Shown here one piece after another: positions 18,391-28,458 of a stretch of 64,000 nt of DNA (its first letter is position 1; each line of letters begins with the position of its first letter). A program made the translations under genes and the position numbers. The stretch comes from Candidatus Oxydemutatoraceae bacterium (lineage in GTDB: Bacteria; Pseudomonadota; Gammaproteobacteria; Poriferisulfidales; Oxydemutatoraceae). Location: positions 608,001-672,000 of the forward strand of contig CBDCOZ010000003.1 of the NCBI GenBank assembly GCA_965220085.1, read 5' to 3'. The notes below the pieces were generated by a model. It was given only the letters and a program-made list of their open reading frames with translations. It made no database searches and was not told where the DNA came from.

Positions 18391-21249
18391 ATGGTCCGGC
18401 TTAGCCTCTGGCTGCCGGCCCTGCTCGCCTTGTGCCTGACATTGGGCGCAACCCGGGCCGACGCTCAAGGCAGTAGCAAAGATGCCGCAACCACGATAAG
18501 ATTGGACAGAACCGTATCAGAAGTCCATCTGCTGAGGGGAGGTGTCCATTGGTGGAAGTTTACGCTGACTTCGACCTCATTGGTCACTATTGAAGCCACA
18601 GGCGAAACTGACACTCAGGGAAAACTGGAAGACAGCGCGGGCGCAACATTGGACATTGATGATGATGGCGGCGCAGGCGCTAACTTCAAGATTGTCAGGG
18701 TTCTTGGCGCGGGCGCTTATTACGTAAGAGTCGCCGGTTACAGCTCTGCAACAACAGGAAATTACCGTCCGAGCGTCACAACGGCCGCACTCTCAACCGC
18801 TGCCGCCATAACATTGGGCACCGCCGTATCAAAGACCCTCGCCGCGGGGGGTGTTGATTACTACAGGCTTGCGCTGACTTCGCGTTCAGCGGTTACTGTT
18901 CAAACCACAGGCTCAACCGACGTCATAGGACTGTTGCAAGACAGTGCGGGCGCGCCGTTGGAAGCCAATGATGACAGCGGCGCAGGCGATAATTTCAGGA
19001 TTGACAGAACTCTTGATGCAGGCGCTTATTACGTAAGAGTCTCCGGTTTCAACCCCACAACAACGGGAAGTTACAGTTTGAGCGTCACCCGGGATGCCGC
19101 CCCCACCAACAGCAGAGGAACAGCGACTGACATAACATTGGGCAGAACCGAATCAAGAAATCTGCCGAAGGGGGGTGTCCATTGGTGGAAGTTTACGCTG
19201 CTTGCGACCTCATTGGTCACTATTAACACAAACAAAATTAACACACAGGGAAAACTGGAAGACAGCGCGGGCAACACATTGGACACCGATGCTGATAGCG
19301 CAACCGGCTTTTCCGGCGCTTTCAAGATTGTCAGAGTTCTTGGCGCCGGCGCTTATTACATAAGAGTTTCCGGTTTCAGCTCCGAAGTAACAGGAAATTA
19401 CGATCTGACCGTCACAGCGGCCGCAACCACAATCGCAACCGCAATAACACTGGGCGGCGACGCCGTATCAAAGACCCTCGCCGCGGGGGGATTTGATTAC
19501 TACAGGTTTGCGCTGACTTCGACCTTGCCGGTTGTCATTGAAACCACAGGCTCAATCGATGTCAGAGGACTGCTGCAAGACAGCGCGGGCGCGCGTATTG
19601 AAGCCAATGATGATAGCGGCGCAGGCGATAACTTCAGGATTGACAGAGTTCTTGATGCGGGCGCTTATTACGTAAGAGTCGCCGGTTTCAACCCTGTGGT
19701 AGCGGGAGATTACAGTCTGAGCGTCACACATGTCCCGAACTCCGCCCCGACCGGCGCCCCGATTGCCAATGACGGGAGTGATCCGACCGAGGACGCCACC
19801 ACCGTGGTCGAGGACACCACCGTATATGTCTTCCAGGGCACACTCAACGATGACGACGGCACAGACCTCAGAGCCGCCTCCCTGAGCTGGCAGCAGGCTG
19901 CGCCGGTCAATAACGCGGCGCCCGCCGATGACAGCGAGGGCTGGAGCGACATACCCGGCTGGAGCGACCTGTCCACCGCGGACATCATTCGTTTCATCCC
20001 TCTGCAAGCCCAGGTGGGCAAATATGTGCGCGCCTGCCTCACTTTCACCGACGAGCACTTCGTCCCCGAGACCTCCACCGTCTGCACCGCCAGCAAGTTG
20101 GTGACCAATGTCAGCGATGCGCCCGCCGGCCGCGACACCACTGTGGATGTGCCCGACACCGCCACCGCCGCCAATCCGCACGACTTTGACATAAACGACT
20201 TTCCGATTGACGACGAGGATGGCGACACCATCAACGGCATACGCCTGGTCAGCCTGCCGACGACGGGCACTCTGGCGGTGGCGGGCGAGACCCTGACCCT
20301 GACCGCCGGCGCCACCCTGACTCTGGCGCAACTGGAGGCGCTGGCCTATTACCCCGACAGCGGCTCCTCCCCCATGGACGGCCACGACAGCTTCGACTAT
20401 CGCATCATAGATGACGGTAGCGGCGCCGCCAACATATCCGAGGATGCCTACACCCTCACGATCAATCTGTTCGCCAACCCACAGATTGCCGCCACCGGGG
20501 GACCAAGCATCACCCCGGCCACCAGCGCCCAGATCCTCACCCACGCCGAAGACACCGAGTTGACCGCCAACACCGTCGGCATAATGGAGCCCAATGGAAT
20601 AGACCAGAGCACACTGCGATGGCAGTGGCAGTCCGCCCCGGCTCCGGTCAGCGGCGCTCCGACGGAAAGCGCCTACATTGATATAGCCACGGCGACCGCC
20701 GCCGCCTTCACCCCGTTGCAGGCTCATGTGGGGCTGTACATCCGCGTCTGCGTCTCTTTTATGGACGAGTACGTACCCGCCGCCGAATATGGCCCGCTGT
20801 GTTCCGCCGCCGCTCGGGTGCGCAATGTCAACGATGCGCCGGTGGCGCAAAACCGCACGATAAATGTGTCGGCGGATGCCACCATGAGCGAGCCCTACAC
20901 ATTCGCCGCCGCCGACTTTTCCTTTGCCGATGGGGACCATGACAACTTGGCCAGTGTGGAGATTGCCAGCCTGCCGAGCGCCGGCACCCTGCAAATAAAC
21001 GGCGCTGACGCCCCTGTCGGTGGGATCGTGCCCGCCGCCAACATCGGTACCATCACCTACTGGCCGGCGGCTGAGCAGGATGCCCAGACCGGTTACGCCA
21101 CCTTCGACTTCAAGGTGACCGACGATGGCAACGATGGCAACGGCAACAAAACTTCCGCCACCGCCGCCATCACCATCAATCTGGCGGAGCGCCTGCCGCA
21201 GCACCTGCGCTTGCGGCTACGCCTATTCCTTGAAGGCCCGTTGCGGTAG
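18391..21249 (+). CDS. FLEGPLR-family secreted modular protein, locus 2 (4 PPC-like domains plus B-A-B-A modules); leader from 18293 is out of frame
   Basis: Signal peptide MVRLSLWLPALLALCLTLGATRADA; four repeats of TG.TD..G.L.DSAG.....DD.GAG.NF.I.R.L.AGAYYVRV; ends LRLRLRLFLEGPLR*. Confidence 0.85.
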   Translation: MVRLSLWLPALLALCLTLGATRADAQGSSKDAATTIRLDRTVSEVHLLRGGVHWWKFTLTSTSLVTIEATGETDTQGKLEDSAGATLDIDDDGGAGANFKIVRVLGAGAYYVRVAGYSSATTGNYRPSVTTAALSTAAAITLGTAVSKTLAAGGVDYYRLALTSRSAVTVQTTGSTDVIGLLQDSAGAPLEANDDSGAGDNFRIDRTLDAGAYYVRVSGFNPTTTGSYSLSVTRDAAPTNSRGTATDITLGRTESRNLPKGGVHWWKFTLLATSLVTINTNKINTQGKLEDSAGNTLDTDADSATGFSGAFKIVRVLGAGAYYIRVSGFSSEVTGNYDLTVTAAATTIATAITLGGDAVSKTLAAGGFDYYRFALTSTLPVVIETTGSIDVRGLLQDSAGARIEANDDSGAGDNFRIDRVLDAGAYYVRVAGFNPVVAGDYSLSVTHVPNSAPTGAPIANDGSDPTEDATTVVEDTTVYVFQGTLNDDDGTDLRAASLSWQQAAPVNNAAPADDSEGWSDIPGWSDLSTADIIRFIPLQAQVGKYVRACLTFTDEHFVPETSTVCTASKLVTNVSDAPAGRDTTVDVPDTATAANPHDFDINDFPIDDEDGDTINGIRLVSLPTTGTLAVAGETLTLTAGATLTLAQLEALAYYPDSGSSPMDGHDSFDYRIIDDGSGAANISEDAYTLTINLFANPQIAATGGPSITPATSAQILTHAEDTELTANTVGIMEPNGIDQSTLRWQWQSAPAPVSGAPTESAYIDIATATAAAFTPLQAHVGLYIRVCVSFMDEYVPAAEYGPLCSAAARVRNVNDAPVAQNRTINVSADATMSEPYTFAAADFSFADGDHDNLASVEIASLPSAGTLQINGADAPVGGIVPAANIGTITYWPAAEQDAQTGYATFDFKVTDDGNDGNGNKTSATAAITINLAERLPQHLRLRLRLFLEGPLR

Positions 21250-21280
21250 CGGGCGCCACCGCAACGGGCGTTACCCCCCT

Positions 21281-21457
21281 AACTTCGCACCGGCTGCCGC
21301 ACAACTGGGCAGGTATGTGCGTGCCTGCGTTTCTTTCAAGGATCAGTTTTCCTCGTCCGCATCGGAAGGTCCGCTGTGTAGCGCCGGCATTCTGGTGACA
21401 CAGTTGCCTGAGGTGCGCTTGCGGTTGCGCATCTTCCTTGAAGGCCCGCTACGGCAG
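21281..21457 (+). pseudogene. Orphan 3' fragment of another FLEGPLR-family gene
   Basis: Reads FAPAAAQLGRYVRACVSFKDQ...EGPLCSA...VRLRLRIFLEGPLR, then CAG where the paralogs have TAG; no start codon. Confidence 0.8.
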
Positions 21458-21613
21458 CGGGCGCCGACCGGCGCTCCTTCTCGCGCTATGACACTCCCTT
21501 GCGGGGGAGTCGGGCATATCCGTCCCGCTCTTTGTCCGAATAGTCGGGCGCGTTCAATCTGTGATAGAATGCATTCCATTCTTTATTTATCGGATATTTG
21601 GGTTATTAACAGT

Positions 21614-21934
21614 ATGTTTGGTATTTTTAAAAGCAAACCGAAATCTTTCAAGGCAAAAATCGCCAATACCGGCGAAGTTTTTGATGTGAAAGGCGGAATC
21701 AATTTGCTACAGGCGGCATTGAATGCCGGCATCAAATGGCCGCATGATTGTCGCGTCGGGAGTTGCGGCAGTTGTCGTTGCATATTGAAGGAAGGCAAGG
21801 TCAAACCGCTGAACGACTTTTCTTATGTGCTCGACAAAGAGATGCTTGACAAAGGCATGGTGCTTGCCTGCCAGTCGCGCTTGAAGAGCGATGTCGTCAT
21901 AGAGGTGGATTTTGATCAAGGCGCATTGCGCTGA
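21614..21934 (+). CDS. 2Fe-2S ferredoxin
   Basis: CRVGSCGSC and VLACQ plant-type 2Fe-2S cysteine pattern; ATG 21614. Confidence 0.88.
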   Translation: MFGIFKSKPKSFKAKIANTGEVFDVKGGINLLQAALNAGIKWPHDCRVGSCGSCRCILKEGKVKPLNDFSYVLDKEMLDKGMVLACQSRLKSDVVIEVDFDQGALR

Positions 21935-21946
21935 GATTCGTATCCC

Positions 21947-22040
21947 GCATAGTCCGTTTCTGCCATCGGCTCGCGCCGATGCGACGAGCGCGGCGCAGCC
22001 GCTCGCAGCATAGTCCGTTTCTGCTATCGCTTGCGCCGAT
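21947..22040. repeat. Short direct duplication (about 34 bp, period 61) between convergent genes
   Basis: GCATAGTCCGTTTCTGCYATCG..CTYGCGCCGAT at 21947 and 22008. Confidence 0.7.
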
Positions 22041-22138
22041 AGGCGCGAAGGCTTCGCGGCCGATTCGCCTTTGTTGATTCGCCGCGCAACGGTTGCGGGC
22101 GGGGTCTTGCCGCCGCTATCGGCGGGCGGGATAGCGCC

Positions 22139-23110
22139 TTAGCGCAGTGTCGGGAACAGCATCTGCTCCAATATCGCATACTCAATATGCGCGCTGACTC
22201 TCTCCGAGAGGCGGTCGATAAAAGAAGTTTCGCTTCGGTACTCAATCACTTCTTCGGCGCCTATGATGTCTTTTGCCACATGATTGACATTGCCGATCGC
22301 ATCGATCAATCCCAGGTCTACCGAGTCTTCGCCGCCCCAAATCAAGCCGGAGAAAATATCGGGATCATTTTTTAACCGTTTGCCGCGTCCCTTTTTCACC
22401 GCGGCAATGAAAATATCGTGCATCTGGTCGAGTAACTTTTGCAGGTGCTGTTTAATTTCCGGACTCTGCGGCGAGAAGGGGTCGAGCATATTTTTATATT
22501 TTCCGGCTGTCATCAGGCGTCTTTCTATGCCGATTTTTTCTATCAAGTGCGTGAGGCCGAAGCCGTCGTAGAGCACGCCGATTGAACCGACTAAGCTGGA
22601 TTGATTGGCATAAATCGCATCGGTCGCAACGGCGGCATAGTAAGCGCCGGAGGCACAGATGTCGCTGACCACCGCATAGATGGGCTTATCCGGGTAGGCC
22701 CGCCGCAACTCGCGTATCTTTTGATTGATCTGCGCGGACTGCACCGGACTGCCGCCCGGGCTGTTGACGTGCAAAATAATCCCTTTTGCATTTTTATTCT
22801 CAAAGGCTTCTTCAAGGAGATCGATGATGTTGGCGGACTCTGCGGGAGCGCCGTCCAGTATGATGCCTTCCAGTTTGATCAAAGCGGTATGCTCGCCAGT
22901 TTGAGTCAGGCCAAGCGATGCGTCTGGCGGCGATTGCGTGGTGAATATTGCAATGATGATGGCGAGAAACGCCAGCCGGAAAAATATTTTCCATCGCCGT
23001 TGCCGCCTTTCCTCTTTCAGTTTCTCATTGAGGTAGCCGCGCAAAAAGTTGTTTTCCGCATTGCGGTCGTCATTCGGATATTTGTCGTTGTCAGGAGGTA
23101 TTGCGTCCAT
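22139..23110 (-). CDS. sppA: Signal peptide peptidase, S49 family (SppA-like)
   Basis: VNSPGGS, CASGAYY and GSIGV motifs; N-terminal TM helix. Confidence 0.92.
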   Translation of the reverse strand: MDAIPPDNDKYPNDDRNAENNFLRGYLNEKLKEERRQRRWKIFFRLAFLAIIIAIFTTQSPPDASLGLTQTGEHTALIKLEGIILDGAPAESANIIDLLEEAFENKNAKGIILHVNSPGGSPVQSAQINQKIRELRRAYPDKPIYAVVSDICASGAYYAAVATDAIYANQSSLVGSIGVLYDGFGLTHLIEKIGIERRLMTAGKYKNMLDPFSPQSPEIKQHLQKLLDQMHDIFIAAVKKGRGKRLKNDPDIFSGLIWGGEDSVDLGLIDAIGNVNHVAKDIIGAEEVIEYRSETSFIDRLSERVSAHIEYAILEQMLFPTLR

Positions 23111-23131
23111 GGAGTCAAGCCCGTAGTTCTG

Positions 23132-24082
23132 TTATCGTTCCATTTTAGCAGAGTTCAACGCCCGCAGAAGGCTTTGCAATTCATCGGGCAGGGGCGCTTC
23201 AAAACTCCGTTTCTCGCCGTGCCATTCAAAGGCGAGTTGTGAGGCGTGGAGGAATATCCGTTTGAGCCCCAATTTCTCAAGTTTGCGGTTGTCTTTGAAA
23301 TCTCCGTACTTTTTGTCGCCGGCAAGCGGATGACCGCAATGTGCGGCGTGTACCCGTATTTGGTGGGTGCGCCCGGTGGCGATGCGCACCGAGATGAGGG
23401 TGTAATCGCCGATGTGTTCTTGCGGAGCGAAGTGACTCAATGCCCGCCGGCCTCGCTCGGCGACAACCTGCTTGTGCGGAGCGCGGGCGAGTGGCAGACC
23501 GACTGCTTGCGGTTTGCGCCAATGCCCCTGCGTCAGCGCGAGGTAGGTCTTCTCTGCCGCCTGCTCGCGAAACGCTTTGTGCAATGCGAGCAGAGCGGGT
23601 CGGGTTTTGGCTATTGCGATACAGCCGCTGACACCTTTGTCCAGTCGGTGGGCGAGGGCGACATCGTTCTGCGGGCGCAGTCGCTTTAACACGTCGATCA
23701 GACCAAAACTGTTTCGGCTGCCCGAATGCGCGCTGATACCGGCCGGCTTGTTTAGGATCAGCAGCGCCTCATCCTCAAAGATAATCCGCCGCTCCGCTGC
23801 CAGAACATGACCGCGCGGGATGTTCGGCGGTTGCCGGCTTGTGACCGTTACCGGCGGTATGCGCACCGTATCGCCCGCACTCAGCTTGTTTGACGGTTTG
23901 GCGCGTCTGCTGTTGATGCGCACTTCGCCGCCGCGAATCATGCCATAGACACGGCTTTTCGGCAGGTTGCGGTAGCGCGCGAACAAAAAGTTGTCCAAGC
24001 GCTGTCCGGCGTGTGCGGCGGTAATTCGGGTATTTGTTACTGCCGCGCGATTCTCTTTCTTATCTCTTTGTGTATTGACCAT
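23132..24082 (-). CDS. rluC: 23S rRNA pseudouridine synthase
   Basis: S4 domain GQRLDNFL, HRLDK and TGRTHQIRVH motifs; divergent from rne. Confidence 0.93.
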   Translation of the reverse strand: MVNTQRDKKENRAAVTNTRITAAHAGQRLDNFLFARYRNLPKSRVYGMIRGGEVRINSRRAKPSNKLSAGDTVRIPPVTVTSRQPPNIPRGHVLAAERRIIFEDEALLILNKPAGISAHSGSRNSFGLIDVLKRLRPQNDVALAHRLDKGVSGCIAIAKTRPALLALHKAFREQAAEKTYLALTQGHWRKPQAVGLPLARAPHKQVVAERGRRALSHFAPQEHIGDYTLISVRIATGRTHQIRVHAAHCGHPLAGDKKYGDFKDNRKLEKLGLKRIFLHASQLAFEWHGEKRSFEAPLPDELQSLLRALNSAKMER

Positions 24083-24432
24083 AACGAAGGCATCGGGGCC
24101 GTTTGTTCCGTTGCCGAATATAGCGCAATAGCCCGCCTCTTGATAAAGGCGCTATAATCAGGCTATTGTATCGCTTGTCGCCCCTGCCGATGCAAACCGA
24201 ATTTAGCGGGGGAGTCGGGCGCTGCCAGTTAATGTGATACAAGCGGCAGTAATTTGTTTGCTTGTAAGTATGCGGCGATGCCGCTTTTTGAATATACAAA
24301 ACCTAATACAAATGTCCGTGGCCAAAACTTATCACTTTAAAATGAGCACAAAAGACGCGCACAGTGTTCCGCAACGCGGAAGGAATGCGTGTCTTTCTTC
24401 GCGCCATGGGATAGGAACTATACGAGGACCCA

Positions 24433-26775
24433 ATGAAAAGAATATTAGTCAATGCTACGCAGAAAGAACAACTGCGCGTAGCGTTAATAGATGGGCAGAA
24501 GCTCTGCAATTTGGATATAGAATCAACCTCTTCCATCCACAAGAAAGGGAATATATATAAAGCGGTTGTAACTTCTATCGCCAAAGGGCTGAACGCAGTA
24601 TTTGTTGAGTACGGGAATAACCGTTGCGGCTTTTTGCCTTTCCGCGACATCTCCCGCGAGTATCTTGACGACAGATCCGGAGGCCGTGCTTCGGTCAGAA
24701 ACCTGATCAGGATCGGCGACAAGCTGCCCGTTCAAATCGCGCGCGAGGCGCGCGGCGAAAAGGGCGCGCTGCTCACCACCCACATCAGTTTGGTCAGCCG
24801 TTATCTGGTATTGATGCCGGACAATCCGCGGGCGCACGGCGTGTCGCAGCGGATTGAGGGCCTGGAACGCGAGCAGGCGCGCGAGGCGCTTGAGAACATC
24901 AACCAACACGAAGACGAAGGCATTATTGTGCGCACTTCGGCCACCGGTTGCGAGGCGAGGGAATTGCAAAAAGACCTGGAATACCTGCGGCGTTTGTGGG
25001 GCAAGATACGCAAAGAGCTTGACAAGGCACCCGCGCCGACGTTGATCTATCAGGAGAATAATATCGTGATTCAGTCTTTGCGCGACTATCTGGGCGACGG
25101 TATTGAGAGTGTCACAATCGATAGCCCGACTGTGTTTGCCGAGGCGAAACAGTTTGTCGGCAAGATCATGCCGGAGCACTTGAAGAAGGTGCAACTGTAC
25201 GGAGATGTGATGCCGCTGTTCACCCGGCATCGGATCGAGCGGCAGATCGAAGATGTGTTTGAGCGCACGGTCAAACTGCCATCGGGCGGTTCGTTGGTGA
25301 TCGACCATACCGAAGCATTGACCTCCGTGGATATCAACTCGGCGGGCTCCATGCGCGGCAGCGATATTGAAGAGACGGCTTTGGAGACCAACCTTGAGGC
25401 TTGCGAAGAAATTGCCAGACAACTGCGCTTGCGCGATCTCGGCGGTTTGATCGTGATTGATTTCATCGATATGGAACCCTTTTCTCACCAGCGCAAAGTG
25501 GAGCAGATGCTGCGCAAGGCGGTGCGGGACGACCGCGCCCGTATTCAACTGGGGCGTATCTCCCGTTTTGGCCTGCTGGAAATGTCGCGACAACGCCTGC
25601 GCCCGTCGCTCGGAGATACGGACCGGGTGGTGTGCCCGCGCTGCTCCGGCAACGGATTCATTCGCACTTTGGAATCGTGCGCGCTGGCGATCATGCGCAT
25701 AGTGGAAGAGGAGGCAATCAAGGATGCGGTGTCGCGGGTGTCGGTGGAAGTGCCGGGCGACGTATGCGATTTCCTGCTCAACAAACAACGCAAAGCGATA
25801 GACGCAATTGAAAATCGTCACGATGTGCGCATTGATATCATGACCGATATTCAGATGGAGACTCCGCATTACAAAGTGACGAGCGAGTCGGAAGATAAGA
25901 CGGTGGTCCGCGAAAGAAGCGAAGAAGTCGTCTCGGATGTTCCCGCAAAAACAACGGAGGAGCGCAGCGCGCAGGCCGATTCGCAGCAAGTCGCCCCGGC
26001 GGTGACGATGCTGTCGGCTGCGGAAGAAGGTTTGTTTAAACAAATTGTCGGCAAACTGCGTTCGGCTTTTACCAAGTCAAGTTCGCGTTCCGAGCGCCGC
26101 AAGCCGCGCGCTTCGGGCAGGCGTTCCGGCACATCGCAGCGCAGATCCGGCCGCAGGCAGGGTCAGCAGAGGAGAGCGAGCGGGCGTTCTGCTTCGCGCG
26201 GGGGGCAGCGGCAGAGACAGCAGACCTCGCGCAATCCGGCCGCTCCGGCAAGGCGCGGCGCGTCGTCACAGAATCCGAATGCGCGCCGGAGACGGGGGGG
26301 CGCCGGCAGGCAAGCGACACAGCGTTCGGGCTCCGACCGGAGACGGACTTCGGCATCAGGGGAATCAAGGCGGAGGGGTTCCGGCAATCGATCTGCCGCG
26401 AGACAGCGAGGCATGCCGACAGATCGTTGGGATACGGATGTGGCACGAGGCGTTAACCCCGCTTTTCTGGCACAGGAAGATGCCGTAATCGATAATAGAA
26501 ACTCCGCCGGGTTTCCGTTTGAGCCGGAGCGGCAACAAGATCGATCAACACAGACGGACACGAGCCATCGCGATGACTTTAACCGCAGAGAACCGCCTGT
26601 CTCGGCCAAGGAGCCCGAGGACAGATCTATGCCGCCGGCGAGCGACGGCAACGAAGCGGAGGCAAAATTGCCGTTGCCATCGGTCGGCGTGGCCAAGGCG
26701 CCCAAGGATGAACGGGATATTTTTCCTTCCGAGCGTTCCAAGATGGTGCAGGTGGAAACCAAAGACAATTCGTAA
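24433..26775 (+). CDS. rne: Ribonuclease E
   Basis: MKRILVNATQ.E.LRVA, GNIYKA, IARQLRLRDLGGLIVIDFIDM and CPRC.G motifs; Arg-rich disordered C-terminal region. Confidence 0.96.
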   Translation: MKRILVNATQKEQLRVALIDGQKLCNLDIESTSSIHKKGNIYKAVVTSIAKGLNAVFVEYGNNRCGFLPFRDISREYLDDRSGGRASVRNLIRIGDKLPVQIAREARGEKGALLTTHISLVSRYLVLMPDNPRAHGVSQRIEGLEREQAREALENINQHEDEGIIVRTSATGCEARELQKDLEYLRRLWGKIRKELDKAPAPTLIYQENNIVIQSLRDYLGDGIESVTIDSPTVFAEAKQFVGKIMPEHLKKVQLYGDVMPLFTRHRIERQIEDVFERTVKLPSGGSLVIDHTEALTSVDINSAGSMRGSDIEETALETNLEACEEIARQLRLRDLGGLIVIDFIDMEPFSHQRKVEQMLRKAVRDDRARIQLGRISRFGLLEMSRQRLRPSLGDTDRVVCPRCSGNGFIRTLESCALAIMRIVEEEAIKDAVSRVSVEVPGDVCDFLLNKQRKAIDAIENRHDVRIDIMTDIQMETPHYKVTSESEDKTVVRERSEEVVSDVPAKTTEERSAQADSQQVAPAVTMLSAAEEGLFKQIVGKLRSAFTKSSSRSERRKPRASGRRSGTSQRRSGRRQGQQRRASGRSASRGGQRQRQQTSRNPAAPARRGASSQNPNARRRRGGAGRQATQRSGSDRRRTSASGESRRRGSGNRSAARQRGMPTDRWDTDVARGVNPAFLAQEDAVIDNRNSAGFPFEPERQQDRSTQTDTSHRDDFNRREPPVSAKEPEDRSMPPASDGNEAEAKLPLPSVGVAKAPKDERDIFPSERSKMVQVETKDNS

Positions 26776-26800
26776 ATGACAACTGCCTGATTGCGGAGCG

Positions 26801-28186
26801 ATGAGCGAACTCTATCTGTGGAATACGATGAACGACCGCAAGGAGGTGTTTGAGCCTCTGCGCGAGGACCGGGTGACGATGTATGTGTGCGGCCCGACCG
26901 TTTATAACCACATCCATATCGGCAATGCGCGCCCGATTGTCACTTTTGATCTGCTCTATCGCCAGTTGAAGCGACACTACCGCGAGGCGGTCTATGTGCG
27001 CAACATTACCGATGTGGACGACAAAATCATCGCCAGCGCGGCTCAGGAGAAGCGCTCTATCAACGAGATAACCGCAAAATATACCGAGTCGTTTCATGAC
27101 GATATTGCGAGGTTAAATGTGTTGCCGCCGTCGGTTGAGCCGCGCGCGACCGAGCACATTGAACAGATGATCGCGATGATACGGAAGTTGCTCGACACCG
27201 GCTTTGCGTATCGCGAAGGCGGCAATGTTCTCTTTGAGGTGGCGAAGATGCCGGAGTACGGGCGGCTGTCCAACCGCGATGTCGCCGATATGCGGGCGGG
27301 CGCGCGGCTGGAGATAGCCGACTACAAGCGTTCTCCGGCCGATTTCACATTGTGGAAGCCGGCGGCGTCCGACGAGCCCGGGTGGGACAGCCCGTGGGGA
27401 TGGGGCCGGCCCGGCTGGCATCTGGAATGTTCGGTGATGGCGGAAACGCATCTTGGCGAGACGATCGATATCCACGGCGGCGGCAAAGATTTGGTATTTC
27501 CGCATCACGAGAATGAGATTGCCCAGAGCGTTTGCGCACACGGCGGCAAGCCCTTCGCCCGCTACTGGGTGCACAACGGTTATATCACGCTCGCCGGCGA
27601 TAAGATGTCAAAATCCGAGGGCAATTTTTTCACGCTCAAAGAGGCGCTGCAAAGTTTCCCCGGCGAAGCCGTGCGCTTGGCATTGATGAGCGCGCATTAC
27701 CGCAAGCCCCTTGATTGGTCGTCCGAGGTCGCACATCTCGCTTGCCGCAGTCTGGACAAATGGTACCGCATGCTGTCGGACTTGTCGGCGGGATACGCGC
27801 CGGGCGAACCCGATGCCGCGGTGACCGACGCCTTGAACGATAACTTAAATACCCCCCTGGCGATTGCCGAGTTGCACAAAATCGCGCATCGGGCGACGAC
27901 CGCGCCGCGCGCAGAGCGCGCTTCGCACCTTGCAAACTTGCGCGCGTCCGCAGCCTGCTTGGGCATATTGCAGCAGCAGCCGCAAGAGTGGTTGCATCGC
28001 GAATCGCAGGCGGCCGATGCCGCCGCCTTATTGAGCGACGAAGAGATTGAGACGCTCATCGCGCAACGCCGTCAGGCGCGCGTCGCCGGAGATTTTGACA
28101 AGGCGGACGGCATTCGTTGCGAACTGAGCGAAGCCGGGATTATCCTTGAGGATTCTTCCGCGGGCACGCGCTGGGTCAGGCAGTGA
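26801..28186 (+). CDS. cysS: Cysteine--tRNA ligase
   Basis: YVCGPTVY, HIGN, GRPGWHLEC and KMSKS motifs. Confidence 0.97.
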   Translation: MSELYLWNTMNDRKEVFEPLREDRVTMYVCGPTVYNHIHIGNARPIVTFDLLYRQLKRHYREAVYVRNITDVDDKIIASAAQEKRSINEITAKYTESFHDDIARLNVLPPSVEPRATEHIEQMIAMIRKLLDTGFAYREGGNVLFEVAKMPEYGRLSNRDVADMRAGARLEIADYKRSPADFTLWKPAASDEPGWDSPWGWGRPGWHLECSVMAETHLGETIDIHGGGKDLVFPHHENEIAQSVCAHGGKPFARYWVHNGYITLAGDKMSKSEGNFFTLKEALQSFPGEAVRLALMSAHYRKPLDWSSEVAHLACRSLDKWYRMLSDLSAGYAPGEPDAAVTDALNDNLNTPLAIAELHKIAHRATTAPRAERASHLANLRASAACLGILQQQPQEWLHRESQAADAAALLSDEEIETLIAQRRQARVAGDFDKADGIRCELSEAGIILEDSSAGTRWVRQ

Positions 28187-28458
28187 TGCGCGGAGCCGTC
28201 GTTTTTTTGATCAAAGCGTACCGGTTTTTGCTCAGCCCCTGGCTCGGCATGCATTGTCGCTTCGCGCCGACCTGTTCGGCGTATGCGCAGGAAGCGGTGA
28301 TGACGCACGGCACGGTCAAAGGCTTGTATATGGCGATCCGACGCATATTGCGTTGCCATCCGTTTGCGCCCGGCGGTTATGACCCGGTGGCAGCGCCTCG
28401 CAATGCGCGTGATAAAATGGCCGCCGACGATCGCAAGCATAATGACATTGACAGATGA
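28183..28458 (+). CDS. yidD: Membrane protein insertion efficiency factor
   Basis: [10 protein letters not shown] and [14 protein letters not shown] motifs. Confidence 0.93.
   Translation: MMRGAVVFLIKAYRFLLSPWLGMHCRFAPTCSAYAQEAVMTHGTVKGLYMAIRRILRCHPFAPGGYDPVAAPRNARDKMAADDRKHNDIDR

Noticed and set aside
21125-21934. 269-aa ORF fusing the relic tail to the ferredoxin
   Set aside because: It overlaps locus 2 out of frame and is open only because the relic's TAG became CAG; the ferredoxin has its own ATG at 21614.
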